Source of the DNA: a virus
Taxonomy: Duplodnaviria; Heunggongvirae; Uroviricota; Caudoviricetes
Direction: 5' to 3' (one strand)
IMG/VR virus record: IMGVR_UViG_2609460346_000006
Coordinates: 1-42,345 of that record
Length of the DNA stretch: 42,345 nucleotides
In this document: one piece after another, positions 38,086 through 42,345 of the stretch
Layout of the letters: each line of letters opens with the position of its first letter
Position numbering within the stretch: position 1 is the first letter of the stretch
Program-made: the position numbers and the translations under genes
Notes under the pieces: generated by a model
Database searches by the model: none
Seen by the model: only the letters and a program-made list of their open reading frames with translations
What the model was told of the DNA's origin: nothing

Positions 38086-40158
38086 ATGACAGACATTACA
38101 GCCAATGTTGTAGTGAGTATGCCTTCGCAACTCTTCACTATGGCGCGTTCTTTTAAAGCCGTAGCCAATGGCAAAATTTATATCGGTAAAATTGACACTG
38201 ACCCGGTAAATCCTGAAAACCAGATTCAGGTTTATGTGGAGAACGAAGATGGTTCTCACGTTCCTGTTGCACAGCCAATCATCATTAACGCTGCTGGTTA
38301 CCCGGTATATAACGGACAGATTGCCAAGTTCGTAACTGTGCAAGGCCATTCTATGGCTGTTTATGATGCATACGGTGTGCAGCAGTTCTATTTTCCTAAT
38401 GTGCTGAAGTATGACCCGGATCAGTTGCGACAGCAATTATTAAACCCTGACACTGGCCTAGGAGATGCGCTTGTTATTGTTAAACAGCCATATGCTGGTT
38501 CTGTACCTATTACTCAACATCAGCACAACACCTATCTCCTTACCCCTTACCACTTCGCAGCAAAGGGAGATGGTATTACAGATGACACTCTTGCCCTAAA
38601 CCGCTGGTCCAATTGCGGAGCTAAGGTACTCTATTGGCCAGCAGGAAAATATCTGGTGAGCCCTACAAATGGTGTTTCTCTGGATATGGATAACTACCAT
38701 ACAGGGGATTCCGCACTAACGGCGTGCGTAACCGTTCCCTATGGCGTGAAAATTTATACGGCTGGGACAGAAACCCAGTTATGCGTGAAGGATGCTGACT
38801 CAGCATCGACCGTAGGTCTGGCCGTTAGCTACCCGGAGTCAAGTTATTCCCAGGGAGAAACCGACATCGGAAAATTCATGATTCGCCTGGAAAACGGAAA
38901 TGGTCGGTACGGTATTCTTACTCCACTCAGGGGGGAAATGTTCACTGCGCACCGGGCGAAGTTCAAATTAGGAGCGCATTTCGGTCCTCAACAGGGGCGT
39001 GATGACCTGACGGTGCTACAGTATTCGTGGGTAAATGGCATGCTGATTGGCGACGCTTTTAGCGGCTCAGTGCATGTCACTGGATACGGCAGCTATAACG
39101 TACAGCAGGTTGAAGGTACGCAATTCCAGTGCGTGGCCGTTAAGATGAAGTCCGTTCGAGGTAACGTAGGTGTAGACATCAGATTCAACACAAACAACTG
39201 GTGGAAGTTTGTCGAACTGAGTGACGGCGTTGAAGGGTTTGTTGTCAAGGACAGCGAAGGGCTTGGGGCATTTGTTGGAATCGACCTAACCAACCCAGCC
39301 AGCGAGCCAGGTGGATTTATCGATAACGTACACGTCAACGTTAAGCAAAACGGAGTACGAGCCAGAAACAGGCCATCCCTGCAAATCGGAAACATTGAAG
39401 TCTATAAAAGTGATGGATTTGCCACTGACCTTGTTTACGATGCGGTGCTTCTGGTTGACTGCCAGGAAGTGACTATCAACTCTATTCACGCAATCGTCGG
39501 CAACTCAATCACAAATGCTCAGTCAGTAGTTAACTCGACAAACAGCACATTCCGCCTGAACTCATACTTTGCGCAAAACATCAGGTTCGTCGATTTTGTG
39601 GTTAATAGCCCTGACTGCTATGTCGGAGAGGGGACAATTAACCAGGTCGAGGCAGTTCACTCACTTTCTGGATCACAAAGCAACGACTTCCACGGTAGTG
39701 ATGTTCTGGTTAGATCCTACAGAAACAACGTTCGCCCACTTTACGCAGTGATGGATTCCGCTTTCAACAGGGCAAGGGCGAGGTTTCCACAAAATACAAG
39801 CCTCCAGGTGAGAACCTTTCTCGACTACACTGTGGCAGCAGCTGGGACTTTAACAATAGAACCAAGGCTTGACCCATCCAGGTACTACATCATCATGAGT
39901 GCTGGTACAGGTGCCTTCACCTATTCAATTGAGCTGGATAAAGTGTCTGCCGTAGTTGGTGATATTGTTTACATAAAGATAGCCGGGTCATCATCTGCTA
40001 ACCCAACAGTTTTGGTTAAAAATGGTATTGGTGGGACAACGCTCAGCACATTCAATAATATCGGTCCGATTCGTTTGAATTGTGCTTACAGATTTAATGA
40101 GTCAGGTAACTGGGTGGCCTACTACATTACCCAAAGCGTTGAAACCACTTATGGCTAA
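38086..40158 (+). CDS. Tailspike protein: P22 gp9-type head-binding domain with a different receptor-binding domain
   Basis: 690 aa; first ~110 aa closely match the P22 tailspike N-terminus ([13 protein letters not shown]…[26 protein letters not shown]…VLKYDPDQ); remainder does not match P22. Confidence 0.9.
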   Translation: MTDITANVVVSMPSQLFTMARSFKAVANGKIYIGKIDTDPVNPENQIQVYVENEDGSHVPVAQPIIINAAGYPVYNGQIAKFVTVQGHSMAVYDAYGVQQFYFPNVLKYDPDQLRQQLLNPDTGLGDALVIVKQPYAGSVPITQHQHNTYLLTPYHFAAKGDGITDDTLALNRWSNCGAKVLYWPAGKYLVSPTNGVSLDMDNYHTGDSALTACVTVPYGVKIYTAGTETQLCVKDADSASTVGLAVSYPESSYSQGETDIGKFMIRLENGNGRYGILTPLRGEMFTAHRAKFKLGAHFGPQQGRDDLTVLQYSWVNGMLIGDAFSGSVHVTGYGSYNVQQVEGTQFQCVAVKMKSVRGNVGVDIRFNTNNWWKFVELSDGVEGFVVKDSEGLGAFVGIDLTNPASEPGGFIDNVHVNVKQNGVRARNRPSLQIGNIEVYKSDGFATDLVYDAVLLVDCQEVTINSIHAIVGNSITNAQSVVNSTNSTFRLNSYFAQNIRFVDFVVNSPDCYVGEGTINQVEAVHSLSGSQSNDFHGSDVLVRSYRNNVRPLYAVMDSAFNRARARFPQNTSLQVRTFLDYTVAAAGTLTIEPRLDPSRYYIIMSAGTGAFTYSIELDKVSAVVGDIVYIKIAGSSSANPTVLVKNGIGGTTLSTFNNIGPIRLNCAYRFNESGNWVAYYITQSVETTYG

Positions 40159-40335
40159 TAGTCATTATCAATATCCTGCAGATGTGACCTAACGACAAGC
40201 GTCGCCACGATGACAACCACGGAAAGGATGCCGATAACCCACCACATAACTTACCCGCGCAAAATGAATGGACAAAAATCATCCGCAGATTAACCCTAAG
40301 CTTTGCATATTTTTTGAAGATGTGACTGTTGTGTG

Positions 40336-40378
40336 GCAAAAAATTAGCGCAAGAGGACAAAAAATCACCTTGCGCTAA
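40336..40378 (-). terminator. tI/sib-like terminator hairpin in the P arm
   Basis: 10-bp stem TTAGCGCAAG/CTTGCGCTAA followed on the minus strand by TTTTTTGCC. Confidence 0.55.
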
Positions 40379-40379
40379 T

Positions 40380-40560
40380 GCTCTGTTACAGGTCACTAAT
40401 ACCATCTAAGTGGTTGATTCATAGTGACTGGATATGTTGTGTTTTGTAGCATTATGTAGTCTATTTTTTAGACTACAGATGCTGTAACACATTGATATTA
40501 ATGGTTTTTAATGTTTCACGTTCAGCTTTTTTATACTAACTTGAGCGAAACGGGAAGGTA
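40380..40560. other. attR (P arm – core – B'): lambda-type core GCTTTTTTATACTAA at 40525-40539; right prophage boundary
   Basis: Left of core closely resembles the lambda attP P arm (CTGTTACAGGTCACTAATACCATCTAAGT…CGTTCAGCTTTTTTATACTAA); right of core is the host B' arm (CTTGAGCGAAACGGGAAGG). Confidence 0.85.
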
Positions 40561-40629
40561 AAAAGACAAAAAGTTGTTTTTAATACCTTTAAGTGATACC
40601 AGATGGCATTGCGCCATCTGGCAGAGTGA

Positions 40630-41106
40630 TTAACTAAACATCGCAGTAATCGAGGCACTCGCCAGAGAGTGAAAATGAACGTTAAACCCGACCATCGCGC
40701 CGCTGGCACCTTCATCGACATCAATACGTTCTACATCCAGCGCGTGAACGGTAAAAATGTAGCGATGGGTTTCGCCTTTCGGCGGCGCTGCGCCATCGTA
40801 CCCGGTTTTACCAAAGTCGGTACGCGTCTGCAAAACGCCGTCTGGCATAGCTACCAGACCAGAGCCAAACCCTTGCGGTAATACGCGGGTATCAGCGGGT
40901 AAATTAACAACTACCCAGTGCCACCAGCCGGAGCCGGTTGGCGCATCCGGGTCATAGCAGGTGACAACAAAACTTTTCGTTCCCACAGGAACATCATCCC
41001 ACGCCAGATGCGGTGAAATATTATCGCCATCGTAACCCATGCCGTTAAAGACATGACGATGCGGCAGCTTATCGCCATCGCGCAGATCGTTACTGATGAG
41101 TTTCAT
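40630..41106 (-). CDS. ybhB: Host YbhB (PEBP/RKIP-family protein)
   Basis: 158 aa matching E. coli YbhB as recalled; adjacent to attB-lambda as in E. coli. Confidence 0.85.
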   Translation of the reverse strand: MKLISNDLRDGDKLPHRHVFNGMGYDGDNISPHLAWDDVPVGTKSFVVTCYDPDAPTGSGWWHWVVVNLPADTRVLPQGFGSGLVAMPDGVLQTRTDFGKTGYDGAAPPKGETHRYIFTVHALDVERIDVDEGASGAMVGFNVHFHSLASASITAMFS

Positions 41107-42345
41107 TAGAATGCCTCCGGGAAACCTCGGCCTTCAGACCGGGGAGGAAAGGAGGCGGTTTTCCGACTAACTGTACTTTGCATAATCACATTTTCCTCTT
41201 TAGTATGTGAACACATGAAACGCGCATATAAATACCGGTTTTACCCGACAACTGAGCAGGCTGAGCTTTTAGCTCAGACGTTTGGCTGTGTGCGCTTCGT
41301 CTACAATTCCATCCTTCGTTGGCGTACCGATGCGTACTACGAGCGAAAAGAAAAGATCGGTTATCTACAGGCCAACGCTCGCCTTACGGCGCTCAAAAAA
41401 GAGCCTGAATACATATGGCTGAATGATGTTTCCTGCGTTCCCCTCCAGCAGTCGTTGCGCCACCAACAAGCCGCCTTTGCTAACTTCTTTGCCGGACGAG
41501 CTGCATATCCGGCTTTCAAAAGCAAACGGCACAAACAGGTGGCTGAGTTCACTGCCAGCGCGTTTAAACACCGTGACGGCGAGTTGTATATAGCAAAGAG
41601 CAAGTCGCCGCTGGATGTTCGCTGGAGTCGAGAATTACCATCTGCGCCGTCAACCGTTACCATTTCCAGAGATAGCGCTGGCAGGTACTTTGTTTCCTGC
41701 CTGTGTGAGTTTGAACCTGTATCAATGCCTGTTACCGCTAAAACGGTCGGCATTGATGTGGGCTTAAAAGATTTATTCGTCACCGATACCGGATTCAAAA
41801 CCGACAATCCCCGCCACACCGCTAAATATGCGAAGCGATTAACGCTGCTACAGCGACGTTTAAGCAGGAAGCAAAAAGGCTCAAGAAACCGTATTAAAGC
41901 CCGCTTAAAGGTCGCCCGACTCCACGCGAAAATCGCCGATTGCCGGATGGACAATCTGCACAAGTTGTCCCGCAAACTGATTAACGAAAACCAAGTTGTT
42001 TGCGTCGAATCCCTCAAGGTGAAAAACATGATCCGCAACCCGAAGCTGTCTAAAGCAATAGCTGACGCAGGCTGGAGCGAACTTGTTCGCCAGCTCCAGT
42101 ACAAAGGCAAATGGGCCGGGCGGTCAGTGGTCGCCATTGACCAGTATTTACCGTCCTCAAAATGCTGTAGTTGCTGCGGTTTCACCATGCAAAAAATGCC
42201 TCTTAATGTTCGTAAATGGCACTGCCCTGAATGCGGCGCAGACCATGATCGCGACATTAACGCGGCACGTAATATTAAAGCTGCCGGGCTGGCAGTGTTA
42301 GCCCACGGAGAGCCTGTAAACCCTGAATCGCAGCACGCGGCTTAG
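41107..42345 (+). mobile_element. Partial IS200/IS605-family element carrying only tnpB (right end beyond window)
   Basis: tnpB with ~108 bp of structured upstream sequence and no Y1 tnpA seen on the left flank. Confidence 0.5.
41215..42345 (+). CDS. tnpB: IS200/IS605-family TnpB (OrfB)
   Basis: 376 aa; RuvC-like motifs and zinc finger (…CCSCCGF…HCPECGADHDRDINAARNI…); stop codon is the last triplet of the window. Confidence 0.9.
   Translation: MKRAYKYRFYPTTEQAELLAQTFGCVRFVYNSILRWRTDAYYERKEKIGYLQANARLTALKKEPEYIWLNDVSCVPLQQSLRHQQAAFANFFAGRAAYPAFKSKRHKQVAEFTASAFKHRDGELYIAKSKSPLDVRWSRELPSAPSTVTISRDSAGRYFVSCLCEFEPVSMPVTAKTVGIDVGLKDLFVTDTGFKTDNPRHTAKYAKRLTLLQRRLSRKQKGSRNRIKARLKVARLHAKIADCRMDNLHKLSRKLINENQVVCVESLKVKNMIRNPKLSKAIADAGWSELVRQLQYKGKWAGRSVVAIDQYLPSSKCCSCCGFTMQKMPLNVRKWHCPECGADHDRDINAARNIKAAGLAVLAHGEPVNPESQHAA

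Noticed and set aside
40159-40629. Possible tRNA at the prophage-host junction
   Set aside because: No cloverleaf-compatible structure was evident; the sequence is the lambda-type P arm, core and B' arm, and attB-lambda is intergenic.

Overview
Nearly the whole window is one integrated, apparently intact mosaic lambdoid prophage sitting at the lambda attachment site, followed by host ybhB and a solo IS200/IS605-family tnpB. Annotation is by reading the ORF translations, start-codon context and sequence motifs only; no database search was run, so named identities are recalled protein similarity.

Layout, left to right:
- 1-5003 (minus strand): integrase, excisionase, a block of small 'ea' genes, then lambda-type exo, bet and gam.
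- 5079-8415: immunity region. An oL/pL-like operator-promoter, a LexA-like CI repressor with an unknown AT-rich 317-aa gene directly downstream of it (the slot lambda uses for rexAB), OR, a Cro-like gene and a 179-aa CII-position gene.
- 8502-10428: replication genes O (with internal ori iterons), P and ren.
- 10496-16324: a DLP12-like nin region (emrE, large serine recombinase, lipoprotein esterase, ylcH-like, ybcN, ninE, ybcO, rusA, ylcG, Q antiterminator).
- 16513-19423: an OmpC/NmpC-family porin moron antisense between Q and the lysis cassette (S21-type pinholin, SAR endolysin, Rz with embedded Rz1).
- 19770-34435 and 38086-40158: a P22/Sf6-like podovirus virion module (Rha, TerS, TerL, portal, scaffold, coat, gp4/gp10/gp26/gp14-like, ejection proteins gp7/gp20/gp16-like, tailspike).
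- 34436-37985: a moron/immI region between the ejection genes and the tailspike, holding a small membrane protein, a Panacea(DUF4065)-domain gene with an unknown partner, Mnt, a second RHH protein, an Arc-like ORF, a zinc-ribbon ORF and Ant.
- 40336-40560: a tI/sib-like terminator and a lambda-type attR (P arm, core GCTTTTTTATACTAA, B' arm). attL lies just beyond the left edge.

The best candidates for an undescribed system are the 317-aa gene in the rex slot, the Panacea two-gene module with its neighbouring membrane protein, and a possible TGT/DpdA-like enzyme in the ea region.
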